64,000 bases of DNA from a virus. Of the stretch, positions 30,093 through 39,441 are shown one piece after another. The notes beneath the pieces were generated by a model. The model was not told the origin of the DNA, searched no databases, and worked only from the letters and a program-made list of their open reading frames with translations. The translations under genes and the position numbers were made by a program. The stretch's first letter is position 1; the number at the start of each line of letters is the position of its first letter. The stretch is from positions 85,125-149,124 of IMG/VR virus record IMGVR_UViG_3300050120_000210, one strand, 5' to 3'.

Positions 30093-31471
30093 CAGACTTT
30101 GCCCTTGTATTCTTGGAGGAAGGCATTCAGGTCTTCGGGCGTGCCGATGCCCCACATCGCGTCGATGGTCTTAACGCGAATTTTCTTGCCGTCTTCGATG
30201 GCTTGGTTGAACACCGGCGCCACGTAGAACTCGCCGTTGACACGAATGTCTTTCTCGATCATCTGCTCGGCGTATTTCACGAAATCCGATCCGTGCTGCC
30301 AGTAGTAGAAGCCAACCGTGGCTTGGTCGCTGATGACGCGTTTCTCAGCCACCTCGGAGACGAAACCGTCTTCGCCGACCTTGGCGTAGGACCACTTCGG
30401 GTGGTTGGCTTCGAATGTTAGGATGCCGCCGTCGATGGTGTCGGCCTTGAAGGCATACATGCATTCGTTGGCGTTCCACTGCACGAATTGGTCAGAGTTG
30501 GCGAAAAACAACGGAGCATCGCTGTCGATGTGCTTTTTTGCCAAAAGGGCTGTGCAAGCTGCACCCTCGGTGATGCCCTCGGTGAGCACGATCTTACAGC
30601 CCGGCGCGATCTTTGTCAGAACGTTTTCCAGATCGTATTTCTCGTAATGCTCTTTCTGAGCGACGAAAATGTAGTTCGCCTCGATGTTGAGGTTCTCGAC
30701 GACCACTTGGATCATGGGTTTGCCGTGGACCTCAATCAGCGGCTTCGGGAACGTGTAGCCCGCTTGAGCGAACCGCGATCCGGCGCCAGCCATTGGGATC
30801 AGAACGTTGAGCTTCTTGTCCCGCCAAGGAATAGCCTTGCCGGTGTTCTTGTTTTCCATGACTGCGATTTCCTCAAAGATGCGAGCTTGGTCCCAGTCGG
30901 CGGCGTGCTCGACGGGCAAAAGGTGGGCTCCCGAATCTAGCGCGCCTTGGCGGCCGATGTGAGAGTCTTCCACAATGATGGTGTTCTTGGGCAACGCGTT
31001 GAGCGCCGTCATGCACTGCCAATACATTTCAGGATAGGGCTTGGTGCGTTTCACGTCCTCATTGCTGACGTAGAAATCCACGTATTCGAGCACCCCGATG
31101 GCCATGAGCGCCAGCTTGACCGTCTCGCGAATGCTGTTGCTCGCGCAGGCGATTTTCCAACCGTGGGCTTTGATCGCCTTGAAGGTCTCGACCGCACGCT
31201 CATCGACCGGAAATTGCTTGATGAGTTCGAAGGTCGCGGTCTGTTTGTCCTGCCACACCTTGTTGTAGGCGCCCTTCGGAAGACCCTTGCGCTCACTGAG
31301 CATCTCAAGTTTCCGCGTGGTGTTGAGACCATCGTAGAGGCTGAGATGTTCTTCGCGCGAGATGACGAATTGCTCGCCCGCATCAGCCAGCGCCGCGTTC
31401 AAGGCATGGTAATGCAAGTCCCGACTATCGAGCAGCACACCATCCAAATCGAAGATGATGAGCCTAGTCAT
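30092..31471 (-). CDS. HAD phosphatase fused to GT-A sugar-phosphate nucleotidyltransferase
   Basis: FDLDGVL, ASNS, KP.P, VEDS (HAD) followed by IPMAGAGSRF...PKPLI...EK...GEFYVAPVFN...GTPEDL. Confidence 0.9.
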   Translation of the reverse strand: MTRLIIFDLDGVLLDSRDLHYHALNAALADAGEQFVISREEHLSLYDGLNTTRKLEMLSERKGLPKGAYNKVWQDKQTATFELIKQFPVDERAVETFKAIKAHGWKIACASNSIRETVKLALMAIGVLEYVDFYVSNEDVKRTKPYPEMYWQCMTALNALPKNTIIVEDSHIGRQGALDSGAHLLPVEHAADWDQARIFEEIAVMENKNTGKAIPWRDKKLNVLIPMAGAGSRFAQAGYTFPKPLIEVHGKPMIQVVVENLNIEANYIFVAQKEHYEKYDLENVLTKIAPGCKIVLTEGITEGAACTALLAKKHIDSDAPLFFANSDQFVQWNANECMYAFKADTIDGGILTFEANHPKWSYAKVGEDGFVSEVAEKRVISDQATVGFYYWQHGSDFVKYAEQMIEKDIRVNGEFYVAPVFNQAIEDGKKIRVKTIDAMWGIGTPEDLNAFLQEYKGKV

Positions 31472-32285
31472 TGTAGTCACGGAACACGATGAAGGGATCG
31501 TTGTAATCGAGCGGATGAAGCTCGAACAGGTCCGGGTTGCCGAAATAGCACATGAGCCACAGACCTTGGTCGTCATCGACCAACCCAACGTTCATGAGGT
31601 TGTCCAAGGACTGCTGCATACCTTCGGCGAGCGGCTTCCAAAATGAGCGGTTCGCAACGACCATGGCGCCGAAAATCACCACGCTGTTGTTGGTGACCGC
31701 GTGCATGATGTGCTCGTTCATTTTGTCCACTTGCGGAACTTGGCAGTTCCAGAAATGGACTTTCTTGGGATCGAAATCGTAAGTCCATTTGCGCTTGCCA
31801 GCGAGCGACTTGGTGTCTCGGCAATAACCGAAATCCAGCCATGCCACGGTGGTGTTGCTGACCAGATCGCGAGCAATGGCTTCCTGAACGAAGTGGGCTT
31901 TCAGCGAAGTGACCAGCACGTAATCCTCGCACCAATATTCCGGGTTGCGGATTTGGCTCGGGTTGATCTTGGCCGGGAAATTCGGGTCATCCATGACGGC
32001 CCGGATTTGAGCGCGTCGTGCCGCGAACTCGGTATTCAAGTCTACTTCTTGAACACGGAAATTGACCTTGGCTGCTCCAAGTTCTCGCAGCTTGGGGGCG
32101 ATCTCAGGAGAGGTGAACACGATCACTTCATTGTCCAGAGCCAGAAGGTGCGCGAAGCGGTCGATGTAGGTATCGGTGCTACGCTCAAGATAGTGAGGCA
32201 AAGCGCCGCCTCGTTGCTGCACACTTTGGTTCCAGCCTCCACGACCAATGTCGAAGAAGGCAGTTACAATGGTAATATCGGTCAC
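31464..32285 (-). CDS. HtrL/YibB (WlaTC)-family putative glycosyltransferase
   Basis: TIVTAFFDIGR, Y...F..L, NPEYW...Y, AW+DFGY, DDDQ; GGAG RBS with GTG; TATAAATA upstream. Confidence 0.8.
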   Translation of the reverse strand: MTDITIVTAFFDIGRGGWNQSVQQRGGALPHYLERSTDTYIDRFAHLLALDNEVIVFTSPEIAPKLRELGAAKVNFRVQEVDLNTEFAARRAQIRAVMDDPNFPAKINPSQIRNPEYWCEDYVLVTSLKAHFVQEAIARDLVSNTTVAWLDFGYCRDTKSLAGKRKWTYDFDPKKVHFWNCQVPQVDKMNEHIMHAVTNNSVVIFGAMVVANRSFWKPLAEGMQQSLDNLMNVGLVDDDQGLWLMCYFGNPDLFELHPLDYNDPFIVFRDYND

Positions 32286-32347
32286 GAATACTCTCCGAGG
32301 ATTATAGTAGTATTTATATCCCACGAAAGTAATGGTGTTGGCGATAT

Positions 32348-32884
32348 TTACTCGCTCATCATGTCTGCATATTCTTCTTCGATTTTCTTCTCACGCAGCA
32401 ACGTGAACAGCTTGCCGAGCACAACCATGGCCGTGCGTTCGGGGTTGAAACCCCGTTGATCTTTCATACTCAGATGGTAGCCAAGTTTGACCAGTCGTGC
32501 TTCGAGCACGCGAGCCATTTTGGTATAGAGTTCACCCCGGCCGGTTGTGACCTTACCGACGAACTCCACACCATAGGGATGACGTTGGTTAATGAACGTT
32601 TCCAAGCATTCGAGAGCTTTGCCAAACACTTTGACGCTCTGCGTTCCGACCTTACCGGTGTTGTCAATACGATCCTTGACGCCATCTTCGGCGGTGGGGT
32701 CTGCTTCGGCGGCGTAAAACAGGAAATGGTAGAAATTGCTTCCACCCGCATCTTGGATGAACTTGGCAACAAAGCTCTCGCCGCCGACTTCGAAAGTCGC
32801 AGTCTTGTAGTCTGTCCAGTTTACACCGGTCGAATCGAACAGTTCGTCAATTCGATTTTCGACTAGGTCGATTAGCTCTCTCAT
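32348..32884 (-). CDS. putative virion-internal protein
   Basis: Leader MRELIDLVE..IDELFD; coupled to the upstream late gene. Confidence 0.65.
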   Translation of the reverse strand: MRELIDLVENRIDELFDSTGVNWTDYKTATFEVGGESFVAKFIQDAGGSNFYHFLFYAAEADPTAEDGVKDRIDNTGKVGTQSVKVFGKALECLETFINQRHPYGVEFVGKVTTGRGELYTKMARVLEARLVKLGYHLSMKDQRGFNPERTAMVVLGKLFTLLREKKIEEEYADMMSE

Positions 32885-33729
32885 TTAAGTTTCCGCCGAT
32901 ACTGCGTCGCGTTCTGAATGACCCATTTGACGCAACTCTCAAAATCACCAGTGAACAGAGTAGTTTCCCCGTTGCGTAGGCGATACCGACTCTTGACGTT
33001 CCAGTCGTCGCGCTTCGACGCGCGATAGAGAACGACAATGTCTTGCGGCGAAACGTCGGCGCCCCAAAACATGACCTGATCTTCTTCGTCACCGTGGTGA
33101 TAGGCGTGAACACCCGAGTTTTGAAAAAGGACTGCACACTGTCCATAGCTTCCTTTGTTCGCTGCATTGCTTGCGTAGCGGCTCTGTGCAGTGAACGCGA
33201 AATTGTAGCCGCCTTCTTTTTTGTCCCATCCGTCGTTCTTGAACCACGTCGTGAGACCGAGTTTGTCCATTTGATCGATGCCGATGGTGAAACCCTGTGC
33301 AGCGATGTCGTAAGGATGATCGGTGAAATGAACCAACCACGTTGTTCTCGGCAGAAGCGTTTTACCTTTGCTCTGCATGTGAGCCCACGTCGGGGCTTCG
33401 GCCGGATCATGTTGGAGGAGTTCTTCGACCACGTCTTCGGCGCTTCGGCTCTGAAGGTCTTCCGGCAGCTTGTAGAAGATTTCCGGGTCTTCTTCTTGAA
33501 GCTGTTCTTCGTCGTGGATTTCGTGCCCTGCGGCCTCTGACGCTTCTTCCAGATAGCCGTTTCGGGCCAGCCAGTTGCACACGTCATTCCAGTGACGATA
33601 TGGATCGAACTCGCCTTTTTGCATATACTGTTTCAAGTAGACGTTGTCGCGCGTATACTTCTCATCTAGCTCCGGGGCTTCAGCCACCGTCGCCTCTACA
33701 ATGTTGATGAGTTTACGCATTCCCGACAT
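32881..33729 (-). CDS. putative virion-internal protein with ART-like C-terminal domain
   Basis: Leader MRKLINIVE; WLVHFT...I...GF, GYNFAF, YG..AV+F, DEE.Q; TAAATA 5 nt before ATG. Confidence 0.55.
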   Translation of the reverse strand: MSGMRKLINIVEATVAEAPELDEKYTRDNVYLKQYMQKGEFDPYRHWNDVCNWLARNGYLEEASEAAGHEIHDEEQLQEEDPEIFYKLPEDLQSRSAEDVVEELLQHDPAEAPTWAHMQSKGKTLLPRTTWLVHFTDHPYDIAAQGFTIGIDQMDKLGLTTWFKNDGWDKKEGGYNFAFTAQSRYASNAANKGSYGQCAVLFQNSGVHAYHHGDEEDQVMFWGADVSPQDIVVLYRASKRDDWNVKSRYRLRNGETTLFTGDFESCVKWVIQNATQYRRKLK

Positions 33730-33779
33730 AGGATTATTTAGGCTTGACCTCGCTTTCGAAATTGGGTTTGGTTCCCCAG

Positions 33780-34517
33780 ATGAGTCAGACCGGCACCAAT
33801 GGCATCACAGTCACTTACAATGTGACCTGTTACACCACGAGCGGTGTGACCTACGCTTCGAATGATGTGAAGCTCACTCCGAAAGAACGCAGGCGGCGAG
33901 AGAGCACGCGCAAGTGGCTCGAAAAATGCCGCGTTCGTTTTGAAGCTAGCCACAAACTCGAAATGGCTCGGATTCATGCCGAATCCAAAGCCAACGCATG
34001 GCGCCCGCATGTTTCCAGCGGGAAGGTGAGCAATCCCTACGAGTTCAATTTTTGGACGATCACGCCCGGCGAAGAGAACGAGATGGACCGACTGTGGCGG
34101 ACGACTGTCGTTCGCTACAAGAAGGGTTGGTGCGGCATGACCCTGAACGATCCGAGTCTCTACGAGCGGGAGCGGATCGATGCCTTCATCAAGAAACTCG
34201 GCAAGAAAAACGTCCTCATCGATCACGATGGGACGTGGTTCGAATGGGATGAATCCTGCGGTCATATCGGCAGCTTCACGGCCGTGCAAATGGGCGTGTG
34301 GTTTCGCACGCTCGACGATCACAATGCGTTCGTCGCCTTGATCCAAAGTTTTCCGAAGCGGGACCAGATGTTCATTCTGGGAGATGCGGCCGACGTGGGC
34401 GCCATTCGACATTTGCTCGAAGGCGAAAACTATCTAATCGTCAAGGGCAGCCACGGTGTTGCGCTTACGATGCCTACGGGCAACAACGCCGTTCTTGTTA
34501 AGATGTTTGTCGGGTAG
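33780..34517 (+). CDS. hypothetical protein with paralog-family-like C-terminus
   Basis: VWFRTLDDHNAF and NNAVLVKMFVG; TTGACC upstream. Confidence 0.6.
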   Translation: MSQTGTNGITVTYNVTCYTTSGVTYASNDVKLTPKERRRRESTRKWLEKCRVRFEASHKLEMARIHAESKANAWRPHVSSGKVSNPYEFNFWTITPGEENEMDRLWRTTVVRYKKGWCGMTLNDPSLYERERIDAFIKKLGKKNVLIDHDGTWFEWDESCGHIGSFTAVQMGVWFRTLDDHNAFVALIQSFPKRDQMFILGDAADVGAIRHLLEGENYLIVKGSHGVALTMPTGNNAVLVKMFVG

Positions 34518-34808
34518 CACTTTCAGAGTCATGTGCTCGCCGTAGTGCAGCTTGAAATAGACGGCCTCTGCCTCAGACTCGAACTCCATCGTCAGAATGA
34601 CCGTGTGCTGAAGACCATCCGGGCGTTCGTGCGTGAGCACTTGGGCGCGGACGTGGGTGATGAACAGATTCCAATCCACGATGTCGGCCGCCGGGTCCAC
34701 CTCCCGTTTCAGCGCATCGCGCATCAGATTGACGACGGCCATGTGGATCGCGTCTTGGCGATTGTAGGCGGGGCCACAGCCCATCCGCATGACTTCGTAT
34801 TCGAGCAT
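34434..34808 (-). CDS. small paralog-family protein
   Basis: MEFESEAEAVYFKLHYG. Confidence 0.65.
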   Translation of the reverse strand: MLEYEVMRMGCGPAYNRQDAIHMAVVNLMRDALKREVDPAADIVDWNLFITHVRAQVLTHERPDGLQHTVILTMEFESEAEAVYFKLHYGEHMTLKVLPDKHLNKNGVVARRHRKRNTVAALDD

Positions 34809-35089
34809 CAGAACCACCGAAGCTTGAACAGTGTCGCGTCTTCAACGAACTCGAACCAGACCAGATAGGCGAACGAACCATCCACGATGTCCATGCCGGA
34901 TGCGTAAATCTTCGGAGAGACTTCGACTGCGTCGTAGTGTCCGCGCATGTTCTTCTTGCACCATGTTTCGCAGGCAGGCTGGAACACCGGCTTGGTCGTC
35001 ACGGGCATATCGCCACGCAAAATTTGCTCGAAGGCGATGTCGAGTGGCAGATGGACCCGCGTGGCCTGACGGGCGAAGTCCATGCTCAT
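34808..35089 (-). CDS. small paralog-family protein
   Basis: CETWCKKN...VWFEFVEDATLFKLRWF. Confidence 0.7.
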   Translation of the reverse strand: MSMDFARQATRVHLPLDIAFEQILRGDMPVTTKPVFQPACETWCKKNMRGHYDAVEVSPKIYASGMDIVDGSFAYLVWFEFVEDATLFKLRWF

Positions 35090-35262
35090 GGAAGGCGGAA
35101 CTTCCCGCTGAACCATTTCACCACGAGATAGAGAACAAAGGTGACCCCGATGCCCCAGATGAGCAACCACGCCAAGGCGTGAGCGATCCACGACAACGGG
35201 ATGGCGATGACCAGCCCGAGACACAGTCCGAACAGGAACGCTTCTTGACGAGAGAAATGCAT
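35086..35262 (-). CDS. small two-TM membrane protein
   Basis: MHFSRQ... two hydrophobic helices; coupled ORFs. Confidence 0.55.
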   Translation of the reverse strand: MHFSRQEAFLFGLCLGLVIAIPLSWIAHALAWLLIWGIGVTFVLYLVVKWFSGKFRLP

Positions 35263-35654
35263 CAGGCGGCTTTCTTCAAAAGTTTTTCGGCTTCGGCGTA
35301 GCCCTTGGCGGTTGGCGCGAGGACCGACCATGTGATGTCGTTGGACCCGCCATGGGATGACGACTTCACCCTGAAGTTGACCATCTTCAACAGGCCATCC
35401 TTGACCAGTCGCCGACAGTGGCGGCAGTAGGCTCGCCCACCCTCGTGATGCAGAGACACGCCGGGGACGCCCAGATAGCCGGGTTTCACCGTTCCGTTTC
35501 GGACAGCAGTCGCTTTCTGCACAGCTTCAAGCAGAACCTCACGGCGGATGTCCGCACCCTTCTTGACGAAGGCCGACGCACCCCACCAGTAGGACCAGCG
35601 ATAGTCTGCAACGGGTTTGATGTTTCGACCGATCATCAGAAGTCGCGCTCCCAT
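35262..35654 (-). CDS. hypothetical protein, possibly winged-helix
   Basis: C..LVK.GLL...PTAKG pattern; start uncertain. Confidence 0.45.
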   Translation of the reverse strand: MGARLLMIGRNIKPVADYRWSYWWGASAFVKKGADIRREVLLEAVQKATAVRNGTVKPGYLGVPGVSLHHEGGRAYCRHCRRLVKDGLLKMVNFRVKSSSHGGSNDITWSVLAPTAKGYAEAEKLLKKAA

Positions 35655-35824
35655 TCCTCGTCGGACGCTTCATCGAGCATCTTCTTGGCGTCAGCACGCC
35701 ACTTGTCCCGTTGCTTGGATGACATGGCGCCCCACGACGGAGACAGACCCGGCGGCGCGGCGCGCACATGGCTCTCGTAGAGAGCGATGGCCACGAGTTC
35801 GAGATGAGCAACATCCTTTTTCAC
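35636..35824 (-). CDS. small hypothetical protein
   Basis: GTGA coupling to the LysRS stop. Confidence 0.5.
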   Translation of the reverse strand: MKKDVAHLELVAIALYESHVRAAPPGLSPSWGAMSSKQRDKWRADAKKMLDEASDEEWERDF

Positions 35825-37389
35825 AGGACGCTCCGCAAGAGTTCGATGGATCGCTCACGACCATAGGCGGCGATAAACGAGCCGAAGCGCGGCCCTTGTT
35901 CGTCGCCGAAATAGACCTCGTAGATGGCCTTGAACCAGTCGCGCAGCGGCTCGAACATGAACGACTTGCCAATCTCGTAGACATGCCACTGGTAGCCTTC
36001 ACCATCCAGTTCATCACTGAGGTTTTCGAGGGTGTCAGCCAGTTCGGAGAACGCTCGTGCTTCATACTCGGTCGGGGGGCGGCGGGGCTTCCGCTCAACA
36101 TGCTCACGCACGTAGGCGATGACACCGGGAACAAGGCTCCCAATGAATGCGCGGTCGCCAACACTCAGCGACTTGTATTGGTCGAGGTAGTTCATCAGTG
36201 TTTCGGCATCCTGCGCGCCCGAAACGGTCGCGAGGTTGATGAGCAGGCTATAGCTCACGTCCGCGTTGTAGGGCGGGGGCGAGCCTTCATGAACGTGCCA
36301 CACGGGCGAGTCGAGGCGAGCCTTCCCTTCGAGCGCCGGGAAGGCGGTAAGAGCCTTGAGATATTCATCGGTCACACGAGGGATCACCGAAGGCGTAAAC
36401 GCCTTCGCCGAGCGCGGCGACATGAACATGAACTGTGCCAGTGGGCCGGACGCACTATAGCGGTTCCACGTTTCCGTGGTCATGCCGTTGCCCAGCGACT
36501 TCGAAAGCTTGCGGCCTTCGTCGTCAAGGAACAGTTCATAGAAATAGGTCAACGGCGCCTTGCGGCCGACCGCCTTGCAGATACGGGTACTGAGCACGGC
36601 GCTGTCGATCAAATCCTTGCCGTGCATCTCGTAATCGATGTTGAACGCCATCCAGCGCATCGCCCAGTCAACCTTCCATTGAAGCTTGACCTGACCACCA
36701 AAGATGCTGGTCTGATGAATCGAACCGTCTTCGTCGGTGAACGTGATTTCGTAATCGCCGAGAAGACACACGTTCGCATTGTCCAACACCTTGCCGGTGT
36801 TGGGGCTGAGCGGCATGAACGGCGAATAGGTTTCGGCACGATTGCCGCCTTGACCACCGAGCGACGGCAGCATGATCTTCATGACCGCGTCATAGTGATC
36901 GTAGATGAGCTTCAGAGCTTCATTGAATCCACCACCGGCATAAATCTCCGTGGACGACACGAACTCGTAGCCCACTTCCATGCGGTCCAAGAAATGTCGA
37001 AGAGCGATGTTGTTTCGGGCGGCGAAACTCGAAAACTCACCGAACGGATCACACACACGCGTCAACGGAAGACCGATGTCTTCGCTCATTGATGCGGGCA
37101 TACCGTCCGGTACGCGGCGGAAGCCGTCGTAATCATCCGAGAAAACGATCAGACGAGTTTCGACCTTACCTTCGGTCAGTTCCTCGAACGCGCAGCGGAC
37201 CATGTTCGTGCGAACGACTTCACCGAACGTGCCGATGTGCGGGGCGCCAGAAGGACCGAAGCCAGTCTGAAAAGTCACGAGGGGTTGCCCTTCCACACGC
37301 TGCAACAGCGCGCGGGCTTGTTCGAACGGCCATGACTTGGCTTCGAGGGCACTCACGTCGAGACTCCTTTTAGGCGGCGGCCAATTCAC
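35821..37389 (-). CDS. lysS: class I lysyl-tRNA synthetase
   Basis: WPFEQA, TGFGPSGAPHIGTFGEV, KLQWKVDWAMRW, YE.HGKDL, KLSKS.GN, GPRFGSF. Confidence 0.95.
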   Translation of the reverse strand: MNWPPPKRSLDVSALEAKSWPFEQARALLQRVEGQPLVTFQTGFGPSGAPHIGTFGEVVRTNMVRCAFEELTEGKVETRLIVFSDDYDGFRRVPDGMPASMSEDIGLPLTRVCDPFGEFSSFAARNNIALRHFLDRMEVGYEFVSSTEIYAGGGFNEALKLIYDHYDAVMKIMLPSLGGQGGNRAETYSPFMPLSPNTGKVLDNANVCLLGDYEITFTDEDGSIHQTSIFGGQVKLQWKVDWAMRWMAFNIDYEMHGKDLIDSAVLSTRICKAVGRKAPLTYFYELFLDDEGRKLSKSLGNGMTTETWNRYSASGPLAQFMFMSPRSAKAFTPSVIPRVTDEYLKALTAFPALEGKARLDSPVWHVHEGSPPPYNADVSYSLLINLATVSGAQDAETLMNYLDQYKSLSVGDRAFIGSLVPGVIAYVREHVERKPRRPPTEYEARAFSELADTLENLSDELDGEGYQWHVYEIGKSFMFEPLRDWFKAIYEVYFGDEQGPRFGSFIAAYGRERSIELLRSVL

Positions 37390-37639
37390 GTTGCCGCGCC
37401 TTGCTCAATTGGTCAGGCGACGGGCGATTTCGCCAGTCGTATACCAAATCGATCTGCTTGAAAACCACCGGCGTGGCAGTCTCCGCACAGGGTTGGCCAT
37501 TGTCCAACATGATGTGGCCACGGCCACCGTTCGCCGGACCCGGCACGATGCCCCCGCCGAACAGACTGGTCATGAACGCCAGACGTAGTTCACCATTATG
37601 CCGGACTAAGGTCCACGGCTTGTAGAGATTGCTTCGCAC
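37370..37639 (-). CDS. hypothetical protein
   Basis: AGGAGG RBS, GTG start; TAAATA at 37670-37675. Confidence 0.6.
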   Translation of the reverse strand: MRSNLYKPWTLVRHNGELRLAFMTSLFGGGIVPGPANGGRGHIMLDNGQPCAETATPVVFKQIDLVYDWRNRPSPDQLSKARQRELAAA

Positions 37640-37653
37640 AGTGATCCTCCTTG

Positions 37654-38169
37654 CTAGGTAGGCAGAATGTATTTACTGAACAACAAAGTGAATGAAGCGA
37701 ACGACGCCATGATATTTGTTCGTAGGGGAAGCTTATACACCGACATGCTCGATTTCATAAGCATAATGTTGTGCGTAATCCCGAGATTTTCCGAACACCA
37801 AACACATACACGGTCGGTAACATTGCTAAACATCGGATTTACGGCGGCACTTCTGAGTTTCGGATTGAGGCGAATTTCATCCGACAGTTCTCGATACATT
37901 TCATCGGCTAACTGACTCAATTCAGCAGTCAATTGCCCTACCAGTTCCCAACATCGCGCATCAAAGTCTCCGGGGTCATCATGCCGCCGGTATTTCATCT
38001 CTCTGAAAAAATCCCGTGAATCCTCAGTGGGACCGCCCATGAATGTTTTTACCAATGCGCTGATTTCGGCATCGGTGGGGTTTTCGAACTTCACGGGCAA
38101 GTTGGGTTCCGTGCCGACAATAATTCGAGCAACCGAAATCTCATAGTCGGGATCAAGATACTGCCTCAT
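37654..38169 (-). CDS. hypothetical protein with paralog-family-like C-terminus
   Basis: VCVWCSENL...ASFTLLFS. Confidence 0.55.
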   Translation of the reverse strand: MRQYLDPDYEISVARIIVGTEPNLPVKFENPTDAEISALVKTFMGGPTEDSRDFFREMKYRRHDDPGDFDARCWELVGQLTAELSQLADEMYRELSDEIRLNPKLRSAAVNPMFSNVTDRVCVWCSENLGITHNIMLMKSSMSVYKLPLRTNIMASFASFTLLFSKYILPT

Positions 38170-38489
38170 TCCAGCAACATCTTCAGATAGAGCAGATCGC
38201 CCGGTTTGCTGAACGCGAGAACAAGCGTCATTGGCCCGCGTGTCAACAGGCCAATCCACGGCGACAATTGTTGTCCTTCGTTTCGAAGTTTGATGATCGC
38301 GGGGTTGATTGCTTGCCCCATTGGCGTGCCGAGCGAATATTCCAAGACGTGCTCGAACCCCGCCGCCTTCAGCGCAGCAATTGTCCCGACTCTGTCTTCA
38401 AGATTGATGCCCGGAATGTCCGCAGACGATACCGAGCCCACGTTGTAGGCGACCCAGAGATCGCCACGCCGGTGCTTTTCCGGCTTCAT
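38166..38489 (-). CDS. small paralog-family protein
   Basis: LAFSKPGDLLYLKMLLE. Confidence 0.55.
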   Translation of the reverse strand: MKPEKHRRGDLWVAYNVGSVSSADIPGINLEDRVGTIAALKAAGFEHVLEYSLGTPMGQAINPAIIKLRNEGQQLSPWIGLLTRGPMTLVLAFSKPGDLLYLKMLLE

Positions 38490-38722
38490 GCCCGGCGAGC
38501 GATGGCCGTGAGCGCATCTTCCAAGGCGTCGGCCGCGCGGTTGTAGTCTTCTTGCTCTTGGGCGTAATAATCCTTGGACGACCACTGGCCGGTGTAGTTC
38601 GGCACCTTGCCTTTGGCGACGGTCAAGTCTCTGTCGGCCGCGAGGAACGCGGTCAGAGCCGCACCAAGCACCGCCGCTTCCGGGCGCGCGGGAGTGGGCT
38701 CTTGTTCTCCGTAACCAAACAT
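38486..38722 (-). CDS. small hypothetical protein
   Basis: AGGAG RBS; KVPNYTGQW...YYAQE. Confidence 0.6.
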   Translation of the reverse strand: MFGYGEQEPTPARPEAAVLGAALTAFLAADRDLTVAKGKVPNYTGQWSSKDYYAQEQEDYNRAADALEDALTAIARRA

Positions 38723-38780
38723 TGCGGACTCCTGTGAAATGATCTCAGGATCATCCTCTCACGGAAGTCGATTTGGTCAA

Positions 38781-39305
38781 CTATTTCTTGGTGGTGATTA
38801 CCGTGGTCACAACTGCCGCCGGAGCGACAGGCGCGCTGGGAACGACAACTGTTGGTTTGACTACCGGGCACCAGATAGACTTGGTGCCGCCGTCATATGG
38901 CTTGGCGAACCCGCCATCAACCATGAGCTTTCCGTAGTCTCGGCCATCCTCAAGCGTAACCGTTCCGAGCAGGCGGCCGTATTTGTCATGCTTGGTGGTG
39001 TCGTAGTGCACAACGACCGTCGAACCCAAACGAATGACCGTCTTTGCGTAGGCGGACGCTGCTTCTCCGAGTTTCACTTCGCATAGGCTCTTGCCGGGTG
39101 GCATACGCTTTTCGGGGGTATCGATACCGTCGATCCTCACATCATCGGGATTGTAAGGCACGGGCCAACCGGCGATCACAACCTTGATGGTGTCGCCGTC
39201 GATAACCTTGATGACTTTGGCTTGGTAGTCGATTGTCGCTGCGGCGGCGGGAGCAACTCCCAATAGATTGAAAGCGGCCAGCAGGATAAGTGCATACTTT
39301 TTCAT
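38781..39305 (-). CDS. secreted thermonuclease (SNase family)
   Basis: Signal peptide; VIDGDTI, RIDGIDTPE, DKYGRLL; TAAATA 4 nt before ATG. Confidence 0.9.
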   Translation of the reverse strand: MKKYALILLAAFNLLGVAPAAAATIDYQAKVIKVIDGDTIKVVIAGWPVPYNPDDVRIDGIDTPEKRMPPGKSLCEVKLGEAASAYAKTVIRLGSTVVVHYDTTKHDKYGRLLGTVTLEDGRDYGKLMVDGGFAKPYDGGTKSIWCPVVKPTVVVPSAPVAPAAVVTTVITTKK

Positions 39306-39327
39306 CGTGTATTTAGTATGCAGTGAA

Positions 39328-39403
39328 TGGCTCCCTCGGCAGGACTCGAACCTGCGACAACTCGATTAACAATCGAAAACTCTACCAACTGAGCTACAAG
39401 GGA
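39328..39403 (-). tRNA. tRNA-Asn(GTT)
   Basis: Acceptor TCCCTTG/CGAGGGA + GCCA; loop ttGTTaa; T-loop TTCGAGT; TTGACG-N17-TAGACA promoter. Confidence 0.95.
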
Positions 39404-39441
39404 TCACCTGTCCCCATGTCTATCGGGGACAGTCTTTTTCG

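Noticed and set aside
35617-37092. 491 aa + strand ORF; likewise 51126..52688 and 61262..62398
   Set aside because: Each is antisense to a better-supported gene (LysRS, the acidic protein, rIIA)
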